Source: Candidatus Latescibacterota bacterium (GTDB taxonomy: Bacteria; Latescibacterota; UBA2968; UBA8231). From it: DNA of 64,000 nucleotides. A program made the position numbers and the translations under genes. The notes beneath the pieces were generated by a model, which searched no databases, was not told the origin of the DNA, and saw only the letters and a list, made by a program, of their open reading frames with translations. Numbering within the stretch: the stretch's first letter is position 1; every line of letters begins with the position of its first letter. The stretch covers positions 1,536,001 through 1,600,000 of the forward strand of contig OZ241867.1 in assembly GCA_965203175.1 (NCBI GenBank), in the 5' to 3' direction. This document shows positions 40,097 through 49,881 of this stretch, piece by piece.

Positions 40097-40209
40097 AGAG
40101 TCCCTCCCATTAACGGAATCATCGACCCTCCCCTTCAATCGCCTAAAAAGCGCCGCCATTCTATCATTCTATCTAGAATAAACATTCTAAATCTAGTTCC
40201 CAGCCCGCC

Positions 40210-40241
40210 GTCAATCGACCAGACCCCAGAGACGCTGCCGC
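40210..40241 (-). repeat. direct repeat D, orphan copy of the 3' end of PhyH 47424-48200
   Basis: 32 bp identical to 47423-47454 (RQRLWGLVD*); abuts the stop codon of 40242-41030. Confidence 0.95.
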
Positions 40242-41030
40242 TCATCCATCCTCCGCCGACTCCGACAGCTCGGCGGTAACCGGCTCGAACTGGCGTGCCA
40301 CCACCCAATCAGGACGGGGGTTGGCGACGCCGCTCGGTACGTTGTCGATGGCGGCGAAGGCGTAGATCAGACTGTAGCGCTGCGCGGGTGAGAAGTTGTG
40401 GTTCGAGCCGTGCACGATCCGGCAGTCGAAGAAACAGACGTCGCCAGCGTCGCCCTCGATCGGAATGATCATCGACTCATCGGTGATGTACTCGCGCAGC
40501 GCCTCCGGCGTGATGCACCACTGCTTGTAGCTGGTGGTAACCTCGTCGCTGTAGTGGTCCAGCACGCCCCAGTGATGTGAACCCTTCACCAGCGCGATAC
40601 TACCGTTGTTGCGCGTGTTCGGACCCAACATGACCAGCGCAGAGGCCAACCGATCGTCGACGCCGTCATAGCGCCAGTAGCCGTAGTCCTGGTGCCAGAG
40701 CCACACAGTGCCTTCGAATGACTCCTTGTAGTTCAGCTTGCTGTGGAAGATGTAGGCGTCGCTCCCGAAGACCTGCTTGATCGGCCCGGCGATCGGCTCC
40801 GAGCGGCACAGCTCGCGGAACGGCTGCACATTGCGGTGCATGCAGAACACCGAGCGCACCGGGCCGCTCTTCTCGCGCACCACGTGCACCTCCGGCGGGT
40901 TGTCGGCCTGCTCAGACATCATCTCGTCGGCCGCCGAGCGCAATCGCTCGATCTGATCCGGTGGGATCAGTCCGCGCTGTATCAGAAACCCCTGCTCGCG
41001 ATAGGTGGTCAATTGTCCTTTGGTCCACAT
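40242..41030 (-). CDS. PhyH family dioxygenase (ectoine/proline hydroxylase-like)
   Basis: HSKLNYK, WHQDYGYW, VHGSNHN. Confidence 0.9.
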   Translation of the reverse strand: MWTKGQLTTYREQGFLIQRGLIPPDQIERLRSAADEMMSEQADNPPEVHVVREKSGPVRSVFCMHRNVQPFRELCRSEPIAGPIKQVFGSDAYIFHSKLNYKESFEGTVWLWHQDYGYWRYDGVDDRLASALVMLGPNTRNNGSIALVKGSHHWGVLDHYSDEVTTSYKQWCITPEALREYITDESMIIPIEGDAGDVCFFDCRIVHGSNHNFSPAQRYSLIYAFAAIDNVPSGVANPRPDWVVARQFEPVTAELSESAEDG

Positions 41031-41058
41031 GGGCGTTCAGCCTCCTTCAATGGTCGAT

Positions 41059-42138
41059 CTATACCCGGTAGCGCTCGACCGCGTCCAGGTCCAGGTCCGC
41101 ACCCAAGCCGGGTTTGTTCGGAATTATCACCTGGCCATTCTCTATCTTCAGGGGCTCCTGCAGCAGCTGGTGCTCGAGCAGCAGGAAGAGGGAGACGTGG
41201 GCAAGCGTGGCGTTGGGGATGGCCGCGGCCATGTGCAGCATGAAGAGCACGGAAATCCCCGTAGCTTCGGTGCCCAACTGCATCCAGAAAGGTTTGTTCC
41301 GGGCAGCGCAGATATGGGCGTTGCGCATGGTGTTGGCAACTCTGGCACCTAAAATGAAGTAGTCGTACACGTCCGAATGCAGGGCATCGATGGGTTCGGG
41401 GTTGCCCATGTGGTGCGCCAGGGGGTAACCCAGTTTCCGCTTGAGGGTCCGGTAGCCTTCGATATCGCCCTGGGGAATGGGGGATTCCAGGCAGTGGACT
41501 TGAGGATATCTCTTCAACTCCCTGCCGACCGCGAGGGCGCGTTCGAGCGTGCCGAAGGTCTGGTTGGCATCGATGGTGAGCTCGTAGTCTTCCGGGGTTA
41601 CTTCCGCTATCGCGGCTACCTGTTCCACCACGTCGGTGTGGGCGCGGCGCTTGAACTTGTGCACCTTGAAACCCATCTCCAAGGCGATTTTCGCTTCTTG
41701 CTGCATCGTCTCGGGTGGAAAGCATTGCGACCAGTAGGCCAGAGGCGCACTCTCCCGGCTCGGGCCCAAGAGCCGGGCGATGGGCAGACCGAGAAACTGG
41801 CCCATGAGATCGTAGAAGGCCATCTGCAAGGGACCGGGGCTATCGTCCATGATGAACTCGAAAGGACTGCGGCCCACATAAGTCTGAAGCTGATCGTCCG
41901 GAAGGGCCACCCCTTCGCCCAGCCCGATCAGGCCTTCGTCGGTGTGTACCCAGTAGAGGGAGTCCTGCACCGAGGGAGGCAACGATTCCCTCCACTGCTG
42001 ATGAAACTCGTCTTTCCTTTCCTCGAATTCCTCGTCCGTGGCGCGGTTGCCCAGGTTCCAGCCTTTTCTCAGGTGCTCGCGGACCCGCTCCTTGTAGGGC
42101 AGGTCCAAGGCGACGCGTTCTATTCTGGTGATTCTCAT
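41059..42138 (-). CDS. mandelate racemase/muconate lactonizing enzyme family protein
   Basis: MAFYDLMG, HKFK, IDAN, LESP, PGLGADLD. Confidence 0.85.
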   Translation of the reverse strand: MRITRIERVALDLPYKERVREHLRKGWNLGNRATDEEFEERKDEFHQQWRESLPPSVQDSLYWVHTDEGLIGLGEGVALPDDQLQTYVGRSPFEFIMDDSPGPLQMAFYDLMGQFLGLPIARLLGPSRESAPLAYWSQCFPPETMQQEAKIALEMGFKVHKFKRRAHTDVVEQVAAIAEVTPEDYELTIDANQTFGTLERALAVGRELKRYPQVHCLESPIPQGDIEGYRTLKRKLGYPLAHHMGNPEPIDALHSDVYDYFILGARVANTMRNAHICAARNKPFWMQLGTEATGISVLFMLHMAAAIPNATLAHVSLFLLLEHQLLQEPLKIENGQVIIPNKPGLGADLDLDAVERYRV

Positions 42139-42160
42139 GGTTCCTTCCTAGCGAAACTTA

Positions 42161-42186
42161 CTTACCGCGCTAGCAGCATTCGTCGA
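42161..42186 (-). repeat. direct repeat C, copy 2 (orphan RRMLLAR* remnant)
   Basis: CTTACCGCGCTAGCAGCATTCGTCGA versus CTTACCGCAGTAGCAGCATCCGTCGA at 36341. Confidence 0.7.
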
Positions 42187-42316
42187 GGTTGTTTTTTTAG
42201 GTATTTTTGATTCCGACACGCTTTTTTTTATTTTCCTGAAATGTTAATAAAATAGCTGGCGGTATCGGAAGTATAAACGGGCATTTGAATCTTGGTCAAC
42301 CCCAATTGGGAGGAAC

Positions 42317-43978
42317 ATGCAATTGACCGGCGGTGAAGCAGTCGTCCGCACTCTCGAAGCACAGGGCGTAGACACAGTTTTCGGGATGCCGGGCGTCCAC
42401 AATCTGGCCATATACGACGCCCTTCGGGATTCGGGTATCCGGCACATCGTCGCGCGGCACGAACAGGGCGCCGCCTTCATGGCCGATGGGTACGCCCGCG
42501 CCACCGGCAGCGTCGGCGTCTGCCTCTGCACTTCCGGTCCAGCCCTGCTCAACGCCGCCACGCCGCTGGGCACCGCCTACTGCGACTCCTCGCCGGTGTT
42601 GTGCATCGCCAGTCAAATACCGTCCTACGCCATTGGCAAGGAGAAGGGGTACATCCACGAGTGCCGAGATCAATTGGGCTGCGTGCGGCCAGTGACCGCC
42701 TGGAGTGAGCGAGCGAATGCAGTGGCGTCAATTCCCGCGGTGCTGAATGAGGCGTTTGCCCGCATGAGAAACGGCCGGCCCCGGCCGGTAGTGGTTGAGA
42801 TCCCGTGCGACGTACTCGACGGGAGGGACAACGCGAAATTCCCCCCCGTGGATGCCACCCAGCCGGCTGCGGCCGACGGGTCCGCAACTCAACAGGAACA
42901 GATCGAACGGGCCGTCCGACTGTTGCGCCAGGCCCGGCGGCCCATCATCTGGGCCGGCGGCGGGGTGACTATCAGCGGTGGCAGCGACCAAGTGAGGCAG
43001 TTGGCCGAACTCCTCGGCGCGCCGGTCTTGACCACGGTCCAGGGCAAGGGTTCGATTCCAGAGGACCACCCGCTGGCCTTGGGGAGCATACCCGTACACC
43101 CGGCCGTCGTCGACTACTTGGCCAGTTGCGACGTCATGCTGGCGGTGGGCACTCGATTCACCGAAGAGGATACGCTCGAGTTCAGCATACAGGTACCGCC
43201 GACGATGATTCACGTGGATATCGACCCGGAGGAGGTCGGTCGGAATTACGCACCAACGCTGGCGGTGGTCGGCGACGCCCGCCACGTGCTCGGGCAGATG
43301 CTGTTGCACCTAGCCGACGATTCGAGCCGGTCCAGCGACCGCGCCGAGGAGGTCGCCACCTTGCGGCAACGGATTCTACGAGACTGCCGAAATTTGGCAC
43401 CGACCGGCGTTGAGTTGGTGGAGACGCTGCGGCTGGCACTGCCGCGCCAAACCGTGGTCGTCAGCGACCTAGCGATCGGTGCCTACTGGTGCCGCCGCTT
43501 GTTAGACGTGTACGAACCCCGCTCCTTCATCTATCCGTGGGGTTTTTGCACCCTCGGATTCGGTCTCCCGGCGGGTATCGGTGCCAAAGTGGCACGACCG
43601 GATCGGCCAGTGGTCGTGCTCACCGGCGACGGCGGCTTCATGTTCAACTGCCAGGAGCTGGCAGTATCCGCTCAGTTCCAGCTTCCCGTGATTGTGGTGT
43701 TGTTCAACAACCGGGGTTTCGGGGTCATGAAACCGCAGCAACAGGTCCGATACGGACGCACCCTGGCCGTCGACTTGGTGAATCCCGATTTCGATCTGCT
43801 GGCTCAGGCCTTCGGGTTTGCAGCGCGGAGGGTCTCCGAGATCTCCGAATTGGGTCCGGCGGTGGCCGCCGCGGTGGAATCGGAAACTACATGCCTGATC
43901 GAGGTGACGGCCGACCTGCCCCTGCAGGTAATGGAGCCGGCTATGCGGCGCATACACCTGGCGCTTACAGCCAATTGA
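42317..43978 (+). CDS. ThDP-binding enzyme, acetolactate synthase large-subunit family
   Basis: FGMPG, RHEQGAAFMADGYAR, SGP, GDGGFMF...FNN. Confidence 0.9.
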   Translation: MQLTGGEAVVRTLEAQGVDTVFGMPGVHNLAIYDALRDSGIRHIVARHEQGAAFMADGYARATGSVGVCLCTSGPALLNAATPLGTAYCDSSPVLCIASQIPSYAIGKEKGYIHECRDQLGCVRPVTAWSERANAVASIPAVLNEAFARMRNGRPRPVVVEIPCDVLDGRDNAKFPPVDATQPAAADGSATQQEQIERAVRLLRQARRPIIWAGGGVTISGGSDQVRQLAELLGAPVLTTVQGKGSIPEDHPLALGSIPVHPAVVDYLASCDVMLAVGTRFTEEDTLEFSIQVPPTMIHVDIDPEEVGRNYAPTLAVVGDARHVLGQMLLHLADDSSRSSDRAEEVATLRQRILRDCRNLAPTGVELVETLRLALPRQTVVVSDLAIGAYWCRRLLDVYEPRSFIYPWGFCTLGFGLPAGIGAKVARPDRPVVVLTGDGGFMFNCQELAVSAQFQLPVIVVLFNNRGFGVMKPQQQVRYGRTLAVDLVNPDFDLLAQAFGFAARRVSEISELGPAVAAAVESETTCLIEVTADLPLQVMEPAMRRIHLALTAN

Positions 43979-44020
43979 TTCTGGCTAGATTCCGTCAGAT
44001 CAAGCGTTCGCAAGCTCGCC

Positions 44021-46306
44021 CTAACGGCTCCCGTCGGCACCGCGCAGCGCCTCGACGATCCATGCGAACTCTTCCTCCAGATGGGTGTCACTCCCCCCTC
44101 CCTCTTGGACGAACTGGATATAGCCGTCGCCATCGACGAACCAAGTCGTAGGGAAAACATTGACACCGGCCTCTTGCACGTACCCGTCGTCCACCAACAC
44201 GGTAAAATCGTATTCATTCTCCGCCATGAACCTGTCGAGCACGTCGCGCGCGTTGCCTATGGAGATGTCGTTACTGATGGAGATCACCTCCACTCCGGGA
44301 TCGTCGAGATAGCGCGCGTGGAACTTCTGATACTCAGGCAACTCTGCGACGCAGGGGACACACCAGGTCCCCCAGAAATGAAGAACGGCGATCTTGCCGT
44401 CGAGACCGGCGGAATCGACGAACTCTCCGTCGAGCTCGGGGAGGACGAACGGTCCGTAGGTGCGGGCCGTATCGAGCCGTGATTCTAGAATCCGTTGACG
44501 TCTTCGGGACCTGTCCCGCTCGTAAAACGCGGCGAGATACTCGTCGAATCCTTCGCGCGAGCCGTGCCGGCGCTCGTACAGGGCTCCTAGCGCTTCTGGG
44601 AAGGGATCTTCACCCCAGCTTCGGGCCTCAAGACCGGCGATGTAGGACTCCTCGGCCTTGTCGAGCCAGGTGCGGACTGCCTCGGCTGCATCCCGAGCCT
44701 CGGTCTCAGTCTGCAAAACGACTGTCTTCGAATCTCGCATTTGCAGAGTCGCCTCGACCTCGGTCGCCATTTGTTCGAACACTTGGCCCAAATGATGGAA
44801 CGCACTGGTGTTTTCCCCCCAGAGCTCCAGCGCCCGCTCAAGCTCGTTGCGTCCTTCCTCGACGCGACCTGCTTTGTAGCTAGCCCACCCGATGGCGTGG
44901 TGGAGGAGGCTCAAGTAGTAGTTCAGCTCCTCCTCCTCCCACTCTTCCTCTTCGGCTTTAGCGATCACGGCTTGTATGCCATCCCGAGCGAGCTCGGCCG
45001 CCTCCTCGGCGTAGGGTGTGTGTTCGGCCATCGAGAGAGGAGCGGAGTATGTTATATGCGGGTTGAGTCGCTCGTAGCGGACCAATCCGCGCACCGCATC
45101 GGCGAGTTCCTCAGCCGGAATCGGGTTCATGGCTTCAAGGGATGTGAAGAGCGTTAGGTACGGCCACCCGCGGAAGCTATCGTCGTAGAGGGGCTTCTCT
45201 AAGAACCGATAGGCTGCGTCGCAAATGAGGCGAAGCTGGTCTTGGTACTCCTGCGAGTCCGCGCCATGCTCGGGCTCGATGAGATTAAGCTCGGGCTGTA
45301 ATCGTTGGTACTCCCGTTGGAACTTCTCTCGGTGGATCCACGACGCATGGCGACTCGCGGGAGCCAGTGCCATCAACTTCGCCTCAAACTCCGCCGCCTT
45401 CTCTTCGTCCTCCAGTACGTTCCGATAGGTCGTGGTGAGTAGGGCTAGGCCGCGTACGGTCTCCGGGGCCGCCTTCCGGTACTCGGCGATGCTGGCCTCG
45501 ATAGTGGTGTGTCGCTCGTCGGTAAGGAGCAGATCCTCCCTGTTGAGGATGTTCCAGTGCCAATAGCGCACTTCGGCAGAGCCCGGTGAGAGGCGAATGG
45601 CCTCTTCGATCAGCGAGAGCGCCTCCTGCGGCTTGTCGGACCGGTAGAGCTGTTCCGCAGCCCGAAAGTAGCCGCTGACGTGATCGGGCCAACGCGCTCG
45701 CAGCGTGGCCAAGGTAGCGAGGCTCGTGTCCACATAGGTGGGATCCTCCAGTGCGTACTGTGCCCAGTACTCGAGTTCCGCGCGGGCATGGAGGACCTCG
45801 GGATGCTGGCGTGTCTCCGCATCCAGGGAGTCCAGAAACGCCATCCCCTCTTCTACTTTTCTGGGGCGAAGCGCCTGAAGGTGCGTCGCGGCGAACTCCG
45901 GCTGGGGCAGCAGCTCCCAAGCGCGCAAGCTAGACTCGGCTGCCTCGGAGTACTTCCGATCCGCCAGAAACGCGAGTGCTTGGACGTAGAGCCCCCACGG
46001 GTTATCCGGCTCCTGTTCCAAGATTGCGTCGGCTTGCTCTTGGATTTCTCTGAGCCCGTACAACTGTCCGTGCAACTGACGCGCGTAGAGCGCCCGCAAC
46101 TCAGCGTCTTCAGGCGCGCGGCTCATCCATTCCTGGCCGAATATGGCTCCTGCCTGGAACGTCCACAGCCGATTGTGTGCCCTCAACTTCGCTTTCGCCG
46201 CTTCCAGCTCTTGGGGCGAGTAGCGCTGCTCGGTTCCGCAGCTAGCACAAACGACGAGAACGGCTAGAGAACCAGAGATCAAACGGATTGGGAATTGATT
46301 TTTCAC
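44021..46306 (-). CDS. TPR-repeat lipoprotein with C-terminal TlpA/thioredoxin domain (copy 2)
   Basis: Collinear paralog of 37832-40096; FWGTWCVPC; GTG start overlaps upstream TGA. Confidence 0.85.
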   Translation of the reverse strand: MKNQFPIRLISGSLAVLVVCASCGTEQRYSPQELEAAKAKLRAHNRLWTFQAGAIFGQEWMSRAPEDAELRALYARQLHGQLYGLREIQEQADAILEQEPDNPWGLYVQALAFLADRKYSEAAESSLRAWELLPQPEFAATHLQALRPRKVEEGMAFLDSLDAETRQHPEVLHARAELEYWAQYALEDPTYVDTSLATLATLRARWPDHVSGYFRAAEQLYRSDKPQEALSLIEEAIRLSPGSAEVRYWHWNILNREDLLLTDERHTTIEASIAEYRKAAPETVRGLALLTTTYRNVLEDEEKAAEFEAKLMALAPASRHASWIHREKFQREYQRLQPELNLIEPEHGADSQEYQDQLRLICDAAYRFLEKPLYDDSFRGWPYLTLFTSLEAMNPIPAEELADAVRGLVRYERLNPHITYSAPLSMAEHTPYAEEAAELARDGIQAVIAKAEEEEWEEEELNYYLSLLHHAIGWASYKAGRVEEGRNELERALELWGENTSAFHHLGQVFEQMATEVEATLQMRDSKTVVLQTETEARDAAEAVRTWLDKAEESYIAGLEARSWGEDPFPEALGALYERRHGSREGFDEYLAAFYERDRSRRRQRILESRLDTARTYGPFVLPELDGEFVDSAGLDGKIAVLHFWGTWCVPCVAELPEYQKFHARYLDDPGVEVISISNDISIGNARDVLDRFMAENEYDFTVLVDDGYVQEAGVNVFPTTWFVDGDGYIQFVQEGGGSDTHLEEEFAWIVEALRGADGSR

Positions 46307-47397
46307 GGTGCAGATCCCGTTTGCAAAAACGCATTTAAGGTATCCAAGTCCATGCCCTCAATGCCCAATTCGCGCACACTCCGCCCCGTGGCCCACCCAT
46401 CAGCCCCCATCACCACGGACCCAATATCCACCAACCCGCGCATCAAAGGCGCGTCCACGCCGTATTGCGCGCCCACATCGTGCCAAGTTGAAAGGCCGTA
46501 TGGAATATCCTCGCTGAGCCAACGGCTCTCCAGCGACCCAGGCGCTTTGAGTTGCGTGAGCATTCGGCTGCCATTAATCGTTGCCCACAAATCCCCCCTA
46601 GGGCCAAAACCCGCGCGGTAAAACGCTTCATCGGCTGCTATGAGATCGCAACCCAAAGCTGTTGCGATGGCCCTCCGCTCTGCATCCACGGCCATGATCG
46701 TCTTTGCCACCGATGGGGATACCCCTTCTTCGTAGAAATAGAACTCACCGTGCGAATATTCGATTCGTCCTGCGTTCATCAACACACCCGCAGGATGCAC
46801 GACCGGATTCATCGCGGACAAACCACAGGCCATCGCGGTGGGATAGGTCTGAATGCCCGGGAACAGCGGCGACAGACGAGCGCGCACGCGATCTGTTTCT
46901 GTTGCTGGCAACACCCCCAAGCCCAAGCCCGTCACGGTACCCCAAATCGTCGCGGTATCCGGCGCTGTTTTCCGACACACATAAGGCGCGGTATCCACCT
47001 CCGCCAGTGCGATGTCTCCTACTCCTTGGTCGCGCAATAGCGTCGCCCATTCCAATGTGCCCAATGTGCCCGGCATCAGCACGACCATGTGTTCGGGCCT
47101 GAGATGGGGGGCGCAGGCAATGGCAAATGGTTTGTGGGCATACGCCGGCACGATTAACAGAATCAAGTCAGACGCATTCAGAGCCGCTTCAATATCCGTG
47201 GTCATGCAGTGAATTTTTGCAGCCCCCACCTCTTCGACCCCCACCAAATGAATCACGCCTTGGTCGCGCACCGGATCGAGCTCGTGCCCAAATTCTGGCA
47301 ATTCGCAAAGCGTAATAGCAAAACCTTTCAGGGTCAGATTTGCAGCCGTGGCAAATGCCGTATTGCCGCCGCCGAGAATGGTAATGTGTTCAGACAT
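46303..47397 (-). CDS. NAD/NADP octopine/nopaline (opine) dehydrogenase family protein
   Basis: ILGGGNTA, VPAYAH, NPVVHP...MNAGRIE, DAERRAIA, SRWLSEDIPYGL. Confidence 0.9.
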   Translation of the reverse strand: MSEHITILGGGNTAFATAANLTLKGFAITLCELPEFGHELDPVRDQGVIHLVGVEEVGAAKIHCMTTDIEAALNASDLILLIVPAYAHKPFAIACAPHLRPEHMVVLMPGTLGTLEWATLLRDQGVGDIALAEVDTAPYVCRKTAPDTATIWGTVTGLGLGVLPATETDRVRARLSPLFPGIQTYPTAMACGLSAMNPVVHPAGVLMNAGRIEYSHGEFYFYEEGVSPSVAKTIMAVDAERRAIATALGCDLIAADEAFYRAGFGPRGDLWATINGSRMLTQLKAPGSLESRWLSEDIPYGLSTWHDVGAQYGVDAPLMRGLVDIGSVVMGADGWATGRSVRELGIEGMDLDTLNAFLQTGSAP

Positions 47398-47422
47398 GGA
47401 AGTATCCTTTTTTAGTTCCTGA

Positions 47423-47454
47423 GTCAATCGACCAGACCCCAGAGACGCTGCCGC
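47423..47454 (-). repeat. direct repeat D, copy within the PhyH 3' end
   Basis: Identical to 40210-40241. Confidence 0.95.
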
Positions 47455-48200
47455 GCCTCGGGCCAGTCCGGCCAGTCGGGATGCAGGTGCTTCAGCGCCG
47501 CCAAGTCGCGCTTGCGGCCGCCCGGCGGGAAGTAGTTCCAGCCCATAGCGCGCCGCGGACCGGCGGCCGTCTTCACCCCGGTGGCGTGCCAGCAAGAGGG
47601 CGTCCACACCAAAGTCCACCGTGGGTCGAGGACGACCTCGACTTCGCTAGGATGGCGGGCGAAGCAGTGCGTCGGCACCTCGTCGTGGGTGCCGGTGGCC
47701 AGTTCGAGTTGTAACAATTCAGCCTCTACCTCCTCGCGAGAGCGGTGCTGGCTGCCGGGCAGCACCCGCAGCGGTGCGTTGCTAACGTCGTGGCGATCGA
47801 GGGCAGTGCGGAAGGATACCTGCTTCACTTCCGGCCCACCGTCCACGTGCCAGTGGACCTGCCGCTGCGGCCGGCCATCGGCACTGACAATCTTCGAGGC
47901 GTCGCCGATGCCGCAGGCACCTACGTGTACCTCTTCGGCGTCCAAAATCCGCTGCGCCGCTTCGACCAACTCGGGGTGCTCCACCATCTGCAGCAACGGC
48001 TCGCCGATCATCAGGAACTGGCAGGCCAGTCGATTGCAGCCCTCGGGGAACTCGGTGCGCTCCCACTCCGGCTCGACCTCCTGCTGCCGGAAGTCGATCT
48101 GGCGCATGCCCTCGACGCCGAGGGGGTTGGGGATCAGGAAGAACCCGTTGCGCTCGAAGTGGGCGAGCTGTTCGTCAGTGAGGTCGAAAGATCCGTCCAT
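47424..48200 (-). CDS. PhyH family dioxygenase
   Basis: LTDEQLAHFERNGF, WHVD, LPGSQ, WHAT...RR. Confidence 0.85.
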   Translation of the reverse strand: MDGSFDLTDEQLAHFERNGFFLIPNPLGVEGMRQIDFRQQEVEPEWERTEFPEGCNRLACQFLMIGEPLLQMVEHPELVEAAQRILDAEEVHVGACGIGDASKIVSADGRPQRQVHWHVDGGPEVKQVSFRTALDRHDVSNAPLRVLPGSQHRSREEVEAELLQLELATGTHDEVPTHCFARHPSEVEVVLDPRWTLVWTPSCWHATGVKTAAGPRRAMGWNYFPPGGRKRDLAALKHLHPDWPDWPEARQRLWGLVD

Positions 48201-48346
48201 CAGGTATTCCCTAAGACGCTCGCAAGGTCTAAATCGAAGAAGCAGCGCTGCATCATCGGCGGGCCTTTGCTAAGCGTATAGCGGGCATTAGATTGTGCCG
48301 GCGCAAGGTAGTGAATCCGCTCTTGCCTTTCAAGGAGGAAAACGCC

Positions 48347-49000
48347 ATGGGATTTGAAGTGTACGATTGTCGCCGGGATATCCGCAATATTCTGGTGCGG
48401 CCGCAGATCCGCGCCCGCTTCTGCCGCTTAGAGCCAGGCACCGGCTCGCTCGACGCTTGGCACACGCACGACTTGGGCGACGAGATCTTTATCATTCTAT
48501 CGGGTCGGGTGGAGTTCAAAATCAACGGCGAGGTGAAAGAAGTTGGGCCGGGGCAAATGTGCTACGCCCTAACCGACGAGCCGCACTCGGTGCGAGTCAT
48601 CGGCGACGAGCCAGTCTATATGTACCTCTCGGTGACGCCGCACATCCAGCCGACGCATACGTTTTACGACGAAAAGGGCGAGCGCCAGCCGCCCAACTTC
48701 AGGCCGTCGAGCGATTACAATACCGAGACAGATTCGACCACGCCAGTGGCCGAGTTAATCGACGGCCACATCGATGCCGTGCGTGCCCTAGCGGCCCAAG
48801 CACAGGAGAGCGCGCGCATCCAAGAGGAGCGGGGCCAGGAACTCAAGCAGGCCCTAATGGCCGGCGATATGGAAGCGGCCGACCGCGTGCGCGAGGCCAT
48901 GTGGGAACCGCTTTTGCAGCTCTTCAAGCAGACGAGCGCCGTGGCGGATGGCTGGAATGGATTGGCACCCCGGGCGGGGTCGGTCGATGCGGTATATTGA
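48347..49000 (+). CDS. cupin domain protein with helical C-terminus
   Basis: AAGGAGG RBS; WHTHD..DEIFIILSG...PH. Confidence 0.85.
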   Translation: MGFEVYDCRRDIRNILVRPQIRARFCRLEPGTGSLDAWHTHDLGDEIFIILSGRVEFKINGEVKEVGPGQMCYALTDEPHSVRVIGDEPVYMYLSVTPHIQPTHTFYDEKGERQPPNFRPSSDYNTETDSTTPVAELIDGHIDAVRALAAQAQESARIQEERGQELKQALMAGDMEAADRVREAMWEPLLQLFKQTSAVADGWNGLAPRAGSVDAVY

Positions 49001-49054
49001 GTCGTCGCAAAACCACCGTCCTACCGCAGCGAAAACCGCTGTGTATCCGGCGGA

Positions 49055-49501
49055 CTACTCCACGCCCGTTTTCACGGTACCACAATAGAACTTGTAGTAT
49101 CTATGCTGCTGCAGTCCTAGCTCCTCGTAGAACGCGGCTGCTGGCGTCGCCTCATTGGCAATTAGGGACATGGATACTTTCGATTCCCCGATTTTGTCGA
49201 GCAGATGACGTACCAGTCTTCGTCCGTGGCCTGACCGCCTTTGATCAGGTTCGATAAAAAGCTCCTGCATGTAATAGTTGATTCGGTCTTGCCAGGGATA
49301 GCAGTATCCGAACATCGCTCCGATCACGTCATCTTTGTCGAGGGCGACGAGGCAATGCTCGGGATCGAACTTCCAGAATCGACTGAGGTAGTGATGGGCC
49401 TGGGTGACACTCCACGATTCCTCGTACGGCCATTCGGAGAAAACCTGCACGAATAGACACGCGCAATCTCGCAAGTCCTCTGATGTGATGGCCCGTATCA
49501 T
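49055..49501 (-). CDS. GNAT family N-acetyltransferase
   Basis: ELFIEPDQRRSGHGRRL, AAAFYEELG. Confidence 0.88.
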   Translation of the reverse strand: MIRAITSEDLRDCACLFVQVFSEWPYEESWSVTQAHHYLSRFWKFDPEHCLVALDKDDVIGAMFGYCYPWQDRINYYMQELFIEPDQRRSGHGRRLVRHLLDKIGESKVSMSLIANEATPAAAFYEELGLQQHRYYKFYCGTVKTGVE

Positions 49502-49567
49502 TCTACGTACTCCTCATATTCCGCCTCAAAAATCATTGTCTGGTCTTTAATTCTTGGCTAGGCCGTA

Positions 49568-49870
49568 TTAGTCCTCCGTCTCAACGAGCGACCAACGCTT
49601 GCCCATGCGCTCAAGTTCAGGAAGATGCTCAGGCCAATCATGTAAAGTGGCTGGATCAAAATCAGCCCCATTCGGCCATACCAGAGTATGGACCTCAGGA
49701 TCAATCCGAACTTGATTGAATAAGGATACATCGCGCAGTGGACCGAATAATTCACCTTTCAATATGGCTTGGAAAGCGATAGTCTGTTCCGTCTCATCGT
49801 CAAAACAAACTCGAAGTGTATAGGGTGCTTGTATTTCAAAAGAGATCACTCGGTATATGGGATGACTCAT
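49568..49870 (-). CDS. DUF2442 domain protein (putative antitoxin)
   Basis: YTLRVCFDD, FGPLRD..LF, TLVWPNGADFDP. Confidence 0.88.
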   Translation of the reverse strand: MSHPIYRVISFEIQAPYTLRVCFDDETEQTIAFQAILKGELFGPLRDVSLFNQVRIDPEVHTLVWPNGADFDPATLHDWPEHLPELERMGKRWSLVETED

Positions 49871-49881
49871 GTTGATCTCCT

